A DNA stretch of 64,000 nt from Tubiluchus corallicola (taxonomy: Eukaryota; Animalia; Priapulida), in assembly GCA_030141605.1 (NCBI GenBank), contig JAQGDQ010000038.1, positions 744,001 to 808,000 of the forward strand, given 5' to 3'. The notes beneath the pieces were generated by a model. The model saw only the letters and a program-made list of their open reading frames with translations, was not told the origin of the DNA and did not search any database. The first letter of the stretch is position 1, and the number at the start of each line of letters is the position of its first letter. Of the stretch, positions 1 to 12,415 are shown one piece after another. A program made the translations under genes and the position numbers.

Positions 1-1754
1 AGCTGTTCTTTAGGAGCGGGCGAATGAGCATGGTCACGCTTACTTCTCCCTTTTGTACGATCTTTTCTCTGCATCTTAGGTGAAACTCTCACTGCTTCTT
101 CCCTTAAACCTCCAGTTCCAATACTGAAATGTCCTTTGATATCTAAGGGACTTGTTTGTGTGCCAGTCTGTATTACTCTCTTTCCTGTGGACAGCAGCAC
201 AGACTCTTTTGTCACAAATGGACCATCATGTTGTTTCAGCAATGGAGATGGCCCTCGTAATGGGCTGCCAGATGGAGAAGAACCAAGGCTTATGCAATCT
301 TCTTTAAGTGTTGAAGAGAGAGTGCTGCAACTATGCTTCTCTCGTTCCAGTGTCGAAAACGGGCTTGTCGAATCATCTTTTGTCTCTTTATAAACATGGA
401 TGGTTGCTGGATCCCGGGTTATCCCAGCAGATGGATTTGCCCCAGGACTCGGATGTACCGCACTAGATTTCAAAATGGTAGAATATGGACTAGTCCCTGG
501 GCTAGGATGTCCTGCTTCCTCGGGTTTTGTCATAGCAAAAGGACTTATTTCTCCACTAGAAATGCTCCACAACGAATCTCTTCTTGACTCGGGGCTTGAA
601 CAGAAACTACCCCTTAGTGGTGATGGGATAGGTCTGGGACTTGAGCTTCGACTATTGCTCCGTTTTGGAGTGCATGGTGGGCTTCGTGGTGGTGTCACTC
701 CATTGCCATTAACTCTGCTTTCTCCCAGTGCTTTCACTAGTTCCTTTACAGACATGCCATGCAATTCTGGTGGAATGTCTTTATTGAAACTCATATGACG
801 ATCTCTTAAAATAACATCAGGCGGTTTTTCATCTCTCACAACTCTGCGATGTATATCTGCAGATCTTTTAATACTACTCAATGATGGTTTTTCTGGAATT
901 GGAGGTTTTATTATTGGCACATTACGAGGAACATGTTTAACATTTGTCAAATCACCAATTGCACTATCATCCTGATCAGAAAATACAGACAGATTCGGTT
1001 CGTCCCCTAAGCCGTTTGCAACAAATGTGGGCTGAAGTAAAGGTTGCACTTCTGCTTGAAACACAGAGGAATTGGCTATCACACTACCACCTATAATATC
1101 ATCACATACATCTGAAAGCCCGTTTGACAAAATAACAGTTGAACCAGTATGCAAATCTTGTTTAGTAGATGGCCTAGACAAAGTGCCCATGCGTGGAAAT
1201 TCAGAATCGCCACTACTAAAAAGGCTGCTACAATGCTTTATAAATGACGGTTGTGGTTGTTGAGAAACATTACTAAAATCAAAGCCCTTTTCATCATTTT
1301 TCTCCTTTAACCTCTCATCTACTGCATCATCTTGTTGAAGATAGTAGAGGTCATAAAATGTACGACACAGTGACCAAGCTTCACCTTCAGGATTAAAACA
1401 AAACTTTCTCATGCTCTCTTTATCTAGTTTCACCCAAGTTCCCTCACTGTTGGTAATTTCATCGACTACACCAATCTGATTACCAAGTACTAACATACCA
1501 ACTGCAGCAGCTTTCAGGTTAGGCCGTGTCCTGATATTGTGGCCTGATGATCCACATTTTACCACGCGATATATTCCGCATCCATTTTGCTTGGCTTGAC
1601 CTGTGTTTTCTGTGCAAGATATATCAGGCATTTTGCGCATGATGGTTTCTTTGACAATTTCATCTAGTATTGACTTTGGCTGATCTAATGGTACAAGTAG
1701 TGTCTTGCCCAGATGCTGATTGTACTGTAGTGCCCAAGCCTCTATGTGACTGTT
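1..1754 (-). CDS. MYCBP2: MYCBP2 coding exon 5 (partial; includes Ser/Pro/Lys-rich region)
   Basis: Acceptor TTTCAG|AAC at 1754 gives NSHIEAWALQYNQHLGKTLLVP... It is absent from the ORF track, consistent with a frame that stays open to the window edge. Confidence 0.85.
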
Positions 1755-4700
1755 CTGAAATTAAATAAAACAGGTGTAAATTACATGCAATTTACTTGAA
1801 GGTTTTCTAAATGTAATTTTGATTTTTATGACAGTTACATTTATGGATCTTCTTTTACACATTTGTAAAGTTACCTAAAGCTTAATATTTGTTTCATGGG
1901 TGCAGCTGAAATGGTTTCATTAATAGAGATCGATTTATTAACAAATTGTTACTGAAACAGGCCTGTTGTAGTATACGAATCAGAATAAAAATAACTTAAA
2001 AATATGCTACCAGCTCGTAACATTGCATTACGCAAGGCAAAATCACAACAAAAGTCAAACAACAGAATCTCCAATGCTTGCACTATATATAATGCCAATT
2101 ATTATTTATGTTAGTAATACAAAAATGCAAGTTAAACATATCCAAACTGACTCCCACTAAAGTATGCAGAGACTGTTTAGTTTATAAGAGTGTTCAATGG
2201 AGCCTGCATTTTCTGGTGTAGTAAGCTAATTACCAATCTTCAGAACATGAGCAACGTAAACACTTACAACACGGCAATATTTCTTGATGGAATCATAGTC
2301 GAGCCGAAGCCAGACACCATCGTCATTATGAATTTCATCAATGAAGGTTAACGTTTCATTGTAGCGAATGATACCAATTTGCTCACTCTGGAGAGAAGGA
2401 TTCATGCGGACACGTAGACCGGCACTATTGCGTTGTATAAATTTGCGAACCTGTAACAAACGTTCAACCTTAGTAGACTAGATGAAGAAAAGTAGGACCC
2501 TGAAGCTATTTTTTCTAAACGTGGGCAATGTAGCTAGTCTCGTCGAATTTGAGTGCATCCGAAAAAACTGTTTCCATCTGAAAAATTTGTGGAAAAGTGT
2601 CAAAAAAGCCAAAAAAAAAAACAGAAAAGCCGCCAGATTTTTGTGAAAATAACTTCCCAGAATCCCAGAAAATTAACCCTAAGAGGTGACTGCGACATCT
2701 TCTCCAAGGTAATGCAACCTCTTTTCAAAATGGCCGCCATACACAATGAAATTATGCAAATTCTGCAATTACGTTAACTGTTTCACTTAAAGATATATTA
2801 TAAAAATAAAAAGGAAATTATTTTTTTTGCTGAATTTAAAAAGCTGCCCAAAAGGGATGAAAATCAACATAAAAAGTCCAATGAGCAAGAAATAAAACGG
2901 AGCCAGGGTCATGACATATATCAAGATGATTAATTTGGATTCGCGATCAATCTAAAATCATCCATTTTCAAAATAGATGACAAGATAGCTGTTTTGCTAG
3001 TTCCTAAAGCCATATCGTAGAGCAGATAAGATTATGATTTTGCTTTTAAAATATAGCTTTTTAAGGTCAAGGAATCCATATTTGATTAGAATTCAAATAT
3101 GGAAGCCAGGATTTAGGGTGTATCCAACATGTCTGCAATTCTCAAGATGACCAAGATGACCTTAAATTGAGAATGACACATTTGGTTTTTTGTTTTTTAT
3201 AACAAATCTTTAGGCGAAACAGCTAATATAACTGCATGATGATCAGCATAATTTCGTTCTGTACAGCGGTCACTTCTGAAATAAAAGTAACAGAAACAAA
3301 TTTTATAGTCCAACTGCTCTGGAATAAATGTCATAATCGCTTCTTCATATTAATTTTGTGAGAATTTCTTTTAATTTATATATATATAGTTACTGCAAAA
3401 ACTTGGCAGCTATTTTGCTTCTTGCAATTTTAACCATTTCAGCTGATTTTTCAACTTGGCAAGTTTTTTTTTGGATTCAGCATTGTCAAATTGATAAGAC
3501 TGCCTATGTTAACCACTTTTAGAAAACAATGCCCTTCAAACTTCACAAAAGCACCTTTTCTTCTAGTCTATTGGATAAGAAAATGTACTGAAACTGCAAT
3601 GACATTTAATCAACAAAGAAACAGTAATCCAAAAAACAGATTTTATGGTAATTAAACAAATTAATTCACTATGATTTAGAGTATATAATTGACATTATTA
3701 GTCTAATTAACCTTAAGAATTAGTCTATTTTGACAGATCACTGCCAATTATCACTCTGCCTTTATTAAAACACAAAATAGTAATACATGTATGTGTGACA
3801 TTAATAAATCGCTCGCGCTTTTGTCACAAACACCACTTTACAAAAATTGTTAATTTGTAACAAATTAAAAGTTCATCTATTGTAAGAAAACTGAAAATGG
3901 TGTTTAGTCCTAGTTAACATATTAAGCACAAACGGCATGTGCAACCGTATGTGCACGATGAAGCAAATAAACACCTACTGTCAGAGAACAGAACAAGCTC
4001 AGCTTCCATGATTTGCTAATAAATATAATCAAAACACAGAAATACTGAAAAAACAGCAAAATTAACCAGAAGACGATTTTTTTCATGCAAATAAACGAAA
4101 ATGCATTTGAAAGCACAGCATAAAATGAATATAATTTTCAAATTTAAGTAAAAAAGTTCAGTGGAAGTAGGCTCTTATTCAACAGTAGATGAGCAGAACA
4201 AGCAGAGCCGCGCAACAGGACCCAGTGTTAATTCAAAAAAAAACTTGCTATGTATAATAAATAAACAAAAGCATGTAAATCTAACTCTTAATGACTAATT
4301 TACTAATTTGCAACGTTAACCTACCTCTTTGACCCCATCAGAAGTCATGTGCGCACAAGAAACTTTTTGCGTTTTTGAAATTTAACCGTTCTGCTTTAAA
4401 ATCCATTGTCATTTAATCACCAAATAATGTGTTTTACATATTTGCACCATCTATTTGCACTTAAATATGCACTATTTGCACAACGTGTCTCCTGTATAAC
4501 TTATAAGAATATTAACAACTAGATACCTTGCTAGGTTGAGCTGAGCATTTTTGGTTGGCATAAGGCGGCTGCGAAATTCCCTGAGGTGGTTCTTTTACTT
4601 CAACTTTTTGTGCCTCTGTATCAAAACCATCTACTGTTACATGTAGAGAGTACCAGCTGCAACACCCAGGACTCCAGTTAGCAATGTATGAACCATTGTT

Positions 4701-7700
4701 TTGAGCACGCACCAACATGTTCTCACTTGGGCGCCTTACAGTGGGAGAAGCCAGACGGAGTTCCTCAAATGAATAGTTATCATAGTGCTTCATCATACAA
4801 ATGGCATTATAACACATCTTGTCTTTTACAGTACCCTCATATGGAACATCAAGATTTGGTACAGGATGTCCACCATATGCAGCAGAACCATGCACTACTT
4901 TTGTTATGCGTGGCATTTTTCTCATTCCATTACTTGCCTTTGATGAGTCAAATTTATCAATTGGGATAGCCTTCATTTCAACTTTTAAATTAGGTACATG
5001 CACGACATTACCATACTGGTCTTTGGTTAATATAGTGATCACAGTAGGCCAACTGCAATGTAACTCCTTTTTATTGCAGATAATTTCACATTTGCTAGGA
5101 TCTACATAAGAATCCGGTTGCAACCACCGAGCTAGGCGTCCACCACTTGTTCCAGGAGTGCACTTTACAAAGTCTTTCAGGAAAGCTCTTTCATTAGATT
5201 GACTGCAGAAAGGCAATGCCCCATCAAGAGCTTGATGAATAGATACCAAACTAGATAGAGCATAACCTCTTCCAAGAATACTAGAATGAGTGGCATATAC
5301 TTGTTCTGCTACCTCCTCAACAGTCTCAGCATCTTCAATGTCTGGTGATTCTGCAGATGGCGGAAGTGTTAAACCTTTGCGAAGCAGTGATGCTGCGCAC
5401 ATACCTCCCAAATACGCAAGTTCTTTTTCCAATTGTCGCAGTCCTTCAGTAGACTGTTTCTTCCATTCATAGCCTATGACCAAACACTTGAAGCCATAAA
5501 GCGCAGACTTATCATCCTTCACATAATCAGATGCCGTTTCCAAGGAAAAATGTAGCTCATTACCAGGCAAGACAACAGCATTTGTTGGCCAATTCTGTGT
5601 GCCGCTGAATCGATACAGAACTGGAACAAGATGCCTCTGTCCATCATTATTTTGAACGTATTTACCAGGTATCAACAACTGTAATGAGTCTTCAGCTTGC
5701 ACTGTTCCACACTGAGGGTCAAATTCCACTGACATCCATGTTACAGCTTCTGGAAAGCAAACTTTATATTTTGCGACTGCTGCTGGCTTGTAAGGATGCT
5801 CACTCTCAATAAGTGCATAATGATTTGATGTTGTGCAAAGCTTATCATCAAGATGGTTGGCTACAGCTACAATTTGTTGCATCTGTGGGGCTGAAGAATA
5901 AATCCGATTGTTCAGAGCTGCCACAGAAGGCAAAATCTCTTGCAACAATCCTAATACCTGAACAGCGCTTTTAGGACTAAGTGAAATGACAGGTCCTATG
6001 TAAGCTAAGACTCGAGGCAGAAGAGAAGAAAACAGATCTTGTGCACCTAACGTTTCAATCAGGTTATCTTCTTGGTTAATTTGGGCACAAGTTAACAGTT
6101 CAGCAGCACTTTTAGCAATGCTTCCAACAATGTACAACACATTTTTAGTAGCTTGTATCTCTGCATATGCTCGAGCATTTTCTTGGTTACCTCTAAATGG
6201 AGAACTGTAGTAAACTATTTGAGGAAGTTGTCCTCGCACGTGATTTGTACCATTGCTACTCAGTGAGCAAGGAAAGAAAGAAAAGATGGTACCATCTGAT
6301 CCTTTTACAGATGACAAACCTGCTTCACCATTAGTTGTTTTGCCTCCATGCATTCTTAGTCTGAAAATGTGTGTAATATGTCTGAAGTTAAAATTTTCCA
6401 AATACTTTTATAAAATCATTATTAGCAAAATGTTTCAATTTCAAAAATATGAATGCTCACAAATGCTGCAACGTATATTAATCTTAAATGTAATTCACAG
6501 TGACAAAATAAACAATAAATTACAGAAGAATTCAACATTTTGCAAATAGAAATTAAAGTTTAGCTGCCAGGCCAAAAATCACACCACAGCTGTCTGCTAA
6601 TAAATCCATTAAAGATCCCATTTGTATCACAGGTTAAAAACAAATGACATACCTGACAGCATATTTGATCCCTTCTTTTATTGGTACAGGGTTATCAAAC
6701 TTCACTTCAACGACTTCATTTGCACATTCTTCTGGTCCAAATGTTCCCTTCACAATTTCTAAGCTGTTCCAGCGTTGAGTGTGGGATGGATTGCTACTGT
6801 TTCCACTCAACTGTTAAAATGTGGAGTAAAGACAAAAAATCACTTTTTACAACAGCTTATCTTTGCATTCATGTTTCTTGTTTTATAATTTTGTTACTAG
6901 CTAAATTTCATATAAGTTATGTTTTCCTACAGATTGGCTTCCTGCAACACTCATCAACAAGCTTTAAGTCATGGCTACTGGTGGGAACCAGTACCTAGTT
7001 CATTATGATAGCCTCTTAAGATGAAACAATGAACTAGCAGACATGTTTTACGCATCAACAGATACGTATATTAGGTAATTAGCTCAGGCAGCATGGCACA
7101 TGAAACAGCCAAAAAGCAGCTTTCCTGGCAGTCACCCGTACATTTGTTAACTAGGCTTACAGTTGCTTAACTTCAGTCATAAATCATGCACTGTGACTGT
7201 TCAATTATTTCGCTTGCCCAGTAAAATATTATGAACCATGATTGTAGTATATGACACATATCATATACAGAAATTCAAGTCACAGTATTTAGAATTTACA
7301 TAACATACTAATTGGAATAAAGTAGTTAATTAAAAACGTCATCATTTGACTTACATCATCCAGTAACTCCAGTTCAAAATCATAGTTCATACTGCCTCCA
7401 TACACGTAACAGCCTGCAATCATTATCCCAGGCTTATCAACAGTGAAGCATACAGCATCTGGTGATCCATTTCCTGTGTTCCAACTTCTACCTGCACTAG
7501 TACGAGGGAATCGTGTTGGAGTGACATAGATAGGAAGTGTGGAGCTAGTCATGTCTATCTCACATCCGGCTGCAGCTGCTGCTAACTCACCAACCAATGT
7601 TGATAATGTCATGCATGTATTAGAAACGAGGATTTCACTAAAGCACACATGCTGCTGATCGAGCAACTGCTTTACAGGAAGTATTATGATTAACAGGAGT

Positions 7701-10700
7701 TTCTCTAGGAGATCCTTAAATGTGTATGTTCCAGTCTTAGAATGATCTGCAAGACTTCGCTCTCTCATGTATGAAATAAGCAAGGGAAAGCGTGGGGTCA
7801 CATCAGTGGTAACAAGTGTCTCTTCTCCACTGAAAGGAATTTTGCCTAATTTACCTGGATCAGCATCACTAATTACTTTAAACAGGCTTGAAAGTTTCAC
7901 CACTGGACTGCAAAGAGCTGCCATTACAGCAGCCAGCAGACGATCTTTACCTTCAAGTCCATGGCCACTATTGTCAACTAGGATAAGCAAATCACATAAA
8001 GCCATCCACTTCAGTTCGTCGATAGGATAAAAGACATGAAAACACGAAATAAATGTGTTCGAACACTCGTCCAATATCTTCTCCCTAAGTGGCAAGTATT
8101 TAGTTGCTGGCTGTGTTAGAGTCCGCCGTGGTGATGCATGGACAGCTTTTCTGTCAGATAAAATCTTTTTCAGTATAGCTCTGGTATCTCCAACACAGAC
8201 CGCAAGCTGACGACATTCAGTTGGTAATGTCTCAAAGGTTCCGCAGTTAGGATAGATCTCATTAATGTAAGTCTTTATCAGACGTAAGCAGGCTCTGCAA
8301 ATATACACAAATCTTTCCAAATCTAGAAGAGCTGCTTGAGCATCAATGCCCTTCATCTGCTGCACTTCAGAAAGATTGATGTTAAAAGCATCCCAACCCC
8401 AATGCAACAGTCGAAGTAAAGACTCAAAACATTCAGGTGACACTTTGCGAGCAAACTGTTTACTAAGAATACTAACAGGCTCTGTATCTTCCAATGTTTT
8501 TGAACTTGACATAGAGTCTTTAGTTACAATTCTGTACAATAGTTGAGGAATTTGACCAGCATTCACATCAGTACCATTGTTGGACTTTTTTGAGCTTTTG
8601 AAAGAAAATGTCACATGATCATCGGTTGTCACAAGTGGCTGTCCACTAGACCCACAGTCACTACTTGGACCCAAAACACAAGCCCAAGCAACGTACCACC
8701 TGCCACAGTATATCGGGATTGGTTCGTCAAAAAGTATTTGGTATTTTTCTCTAGGGCTGCACTCATAATGGACTTCATCAGATTCAGCAAGAAGTTCACC
8801 TTCCGACTCTAACTCCCCACCATCAAGTCCAATGTCAAATAAACGTATTTTGCCAATGTACTCTCCCCTTCCTCCAAATAATCCAAATCCACCTACGAGT
8901 ACGTCCGTGTCACAAGAAAAACGAATTGCCTCTTTTGAATGACCACTGTATCCCCAGCCACCACCATAACTCTCAAAGCGATTTACTGCAAGGTAATCTT
9001 CCTTGGTATAACTTTTATTTATACTAGGTAAGTCTTTATTGTCTTCACATATGGAAAAACCCATGTTTTGAGCAAGAGTCAAGGTATCCAGGGCACCAAG
9101 TAGGTGAAGCGCTGTGTGTGATCTTGTCGTCCAATTGCCAGGATGAGCAGGAAGTGAAAGCTCTGGGCTAAGAATGTTAGGATCGCCATCTTTTCCTAAC
9201 AAGCGTGCTTCTGCGGCAATTACATTATAGCACAAAAATGAGTTCAGTGTGGGATTGAAACTCCACAGAACATTATACAATGGATCAAGACAAACACTAT
9301 ATCCAATCAGATCAGCCTGATCACTGCCAGTTGGAAAACTGCGACAAGTGCCATCTAAGGGATTTATCATTAAGCAAGCAATTTGTGAAGAACTATCTTC
9401 AAAACTAGGTATGACTCCTATACAAGTTTTACTGGCTATAATATTGCATTTACGTAAACTGTGCAAATTCACCAAAGACTCGTCAATTCTGACAAAAGTC
9501 TGGTCACTAGAAGCACTTATCCACATTGCTCGTCGGCCGTGCTTTAAGCCAATCCCCGGCACTGGACCAGGTAGCGAATTCCATTGTGCCTTGCAAATGG
9601 TTTGTCCTTCACATAAAATGCGACCAAGCTGACCTTTCTGATGACTGCCGAATGTCAGAACTTGTCCCTTCGTGGTAAGCACAGCTGTAAAGTTACTACC
9701 AGAAGCAACTTGGACAGCTGGACCAGGAAGAACCACTTTAGTTGGAAGTTCACGAATGCTTGAGTCACCTTGGCCTAATTGACCATATTGGCCATTGCCA
9801 AATGCATAAACGTCACCATTTTGCACTAAAACAACTGTATGATGCAGCCCACAGACCACTTGAACTGCACTTACATCACCATTACCAATTAGAACAGGAC
9901 CTGGTGGAAGAGAGCACATCTTGCTCTTGTCTTGTTCTTGATCACTACCTTCATCAACGACTTTATTTATTCTTGTTATGACTTGCTGAACAAGCTTATT
10001 CTTAAGTTTACCCTTCCGTTCATCTGCATGCCTTGATATCAAACCTTCAGCCAACTGTCCACCTTGAATTTCTTCTTTACCTGCTGAAAGGTTAGCAGGC
10101 ATCAGATGATGTGTCTTTGCCAACACTTCGAACAGAGAATTTCTATCAGTAGGTCGAGCAGCTCCAGCGCAAATTCGACAACAGCCACACTCCGAGCAGC
10201 CGGCATCCCCAGAGCCACATCCGCAGGGCATTCCTGGCTGTCTGTCAGGTCTTCCACTACTTATACAACTGCTACCGTAACCTGTACATTCTCCACATAT
10301 GGTGCATACCATGCATTGGAAAGAATCCCAACGATGTCGCCCAGGTGCACACATTATGTCACTGTATTCTACTTCCTCATCTTCAAGCTCTTCTTCATTT
10401 GCTGTTGTCATGGCAACAGTCATGACCTCTCTCGGCTGAGAACAGAATTCTCGTCCACACTGGCCTTTGTTATTTACTCCAAAACTATATACTTTGCCTT
10501 TATTAGTCAGCACAGCTGTATGTGCCTTACCAAGTGCTACATGACAAACTACAACGTCTTTCAGATCAGTAACTAGACCAGAAGAATCACAATACTGTGT
10601 ATCTTTGCCAAACATATACAATTGGCCATCCTTTGTGACAATGGCACTAGTATCATTACTACATGCAGCATAGACAACATGCTTGCCTTCTAATCGTATC

Positions 10701-12415
10701 ATTTTTTTGGGTTTAATAGGTTTCAGTTGGCGTCTGCTCTTATTGCTATCGCCATCTTCTCCTCTCCGTGCCAGTCCAGTGAAGAACACTGTACCTTCTT
10801 CTGACACTAAAAGAGCATGCTGTCCGTCATGACCGACAGCACAATGTACAATTTTTGGTGACTTTATAATGGGAAGTTCTGTCCATTTTGTTACTAAAGG
10901 TCCCCCTTGCTTAAGGCCAAGACTCTGTGGTTTACCTGTGAATAAAACTTTACCAGCCATCGTTCTTATCATGCTGAATTCTTTTCCCGAAACAACTTGT
11001 GCAATATCATCATCTTCCAATTGTACAGCAACAGGTCTGAGACCAGACTCGTCAGAAATGCTGCAGTAACCAAATGTATCTAAACACTTCCTGGCTAATT
11101 TTAAAGTAACTTCTCCCATACAGTGCATAGGAGCATGTGCTGGGCTAAACCAACGCACTACAAAGTTATCATTTCTGCTTGCAGCTATGTGACCTATACG
11201 TTCACCATCACTAAACATAATGTTTGGACCAAAGATATCTCCTTCAAGACTAATTCTTTCACCTTCTTTAAGAGTTTCTCTATCAATTACTGTTAAAGTG
11301 CTATACTTCTGATCTAACACTTTGTAAAACAACTGACCTTTAGCGAAAGCCAGCCAGCCAGGACTACCATTGTTAAAAATACTTCGGCAAAGATATACAT
11401 GTCCTTTAATCGTTCCTCCATAGCCAGACCCAACTTTAAATAAACCTTGTGAGCTGGCAACATACAGAAACCTGCCATCACTTGCCAGTGCACTATGAAG
11501 CTTGTTGTTTTCTTTCTTTTCTGTTGCTTTTGTTGGTACACAAAGATGGATAGTATCAACAAGTGATTTCTGTCTGATACCATAAGTAAGCCAGTCAGGT
11601 TTGAATGTATTGCCCAGCAAAACAGCATGAATACTTCTTTGTAAAGAAGACAAAATTCCAGGTAACTTTATTACCTGGCAGTTTAAGCTAGTTTGGCTCA
11701 TCAGTAAAGCCGAAGAAGCCTGGAGCATCTTGCCCGTATCACCCCTAGCAACAACCAGACTAAGTAAACAAGCACATGCGAGTGATGTCAGTGTGTCGAC
11801 ATGAGATGCTGGAGACGGTGTTGTTGCAATATTAAGCAAAGAGTCAAATAGGCTATTAATTACATCATTTGGTTCAGATTTTAGTCCTTCTGGCTGCTGT
11901 CCTTGTAGCAGATCTAGTAAGGCCTGGAGAGCTCGAGCACATAAACTTGGGTGGCTTGTACGAGATTCATGTATTAGTTCAAATACACTACATAAACCAA
12001 TTCCAACGACTTTCGCTATTTGAATGGGTTCTTTTACTTGATTATCTTCATCTGCATCAGAATCAGCTTGTAAATCGCTGGTAGTTGATAAATATATGTT
12101 AGCAGAATCTTTAACTTGTCTTTCTAATATGGCTAGCCTGATTCGCCAGTAAACTGCAAACAGTGAAGGGTTGACTGCAAGGTCAATAACAGGTGCCAAA
12201 GACCTACTAAAGTCATGTTCGGCAACTTTCTTCTTTTCGTTGCTCTTGTAAGAATATTTGTTTCTTTTGGGTGACCTTTTTGCTTTCTTTTTGAACTTGC
12301 TGTCAGAATTTTTGAAGAGCTCCAAAAATTCTGCTTGCATATCTTCAGCTTTCTTCTTAGAAAGAAATGCCGATGGATTTAAAAATGATGCTTTTACTGC
12401 ACTCTCTACTCCCAT
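1..12415 (-). CDS. MYCBP2: PHR-family E3 ubiquitin ligase (MYCBP2/Highwire/RPM-1), 5' part; gene continues beyond the left edge
   Basis: Exons 12415-7355, 6810-6653, 6360-4527, 2450-2268 and 1754-<1, with GT-AG boundaries and consistent phases. Contains RCC1-like repeats (VYSFGVNNKGQCG, VYAFGNGQYGQLG), PHR domains (NRFESYGGGWGYSGHS..SKKSNNGTDVNAGQIPQLLY; RSWNTGNGSPDAVCF), SGGRLARWLQPDSYVDP, a filamin-like region, and AGLRVRMNPSLQSEQIG / EAWALQYNQHLGKTLLVP. The first in-frame ATG is 12415; the ORF track start at 12442 is a TTG. Confidence 0.95.
2474..3570. mobile_element. Non-autonomous DNA transposon/MITE (~1.1 kb), family copy 1
   Basis: Terminal inverted repeats TAGACTAGATGAA ... TTCTTCTAGTCTA, plus longer imperfect subterminal inverted repeats. 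A related copy lies at 54322-55304. Confidence 0.7.
4527..6360 (-). CDS. MYCBP2: MYCBP2 coding exon 3 (end of PHR2, RAE1-binding and filamin-like region)
   Basis: Acceptor TTTTCAG|A at 6360, donor AAG|GTATCT at 4527; lies within ORF 4512..6401. Confidence 0.9.
7355..12415 (-). CDS. MYCBP2: MYCBP2 giant first coding exon (~5.06 kb; RCC1-like domain and PHR1)
   Basis: Uninterrupted ORF 7289..12442 in the track; donor GAT|GTAAGT at 7355/7354. Confidence 0.93.

Noticed and set aside
10160-10330. Cys-rich CxxC cluster (CMVCTICGECTGYG...CGCGSGDAGCSECGCCRIC)
   Set aside because: To my knowledge this is a normal insert within the RCC1-like domain of PHR-family proteins, not novel.
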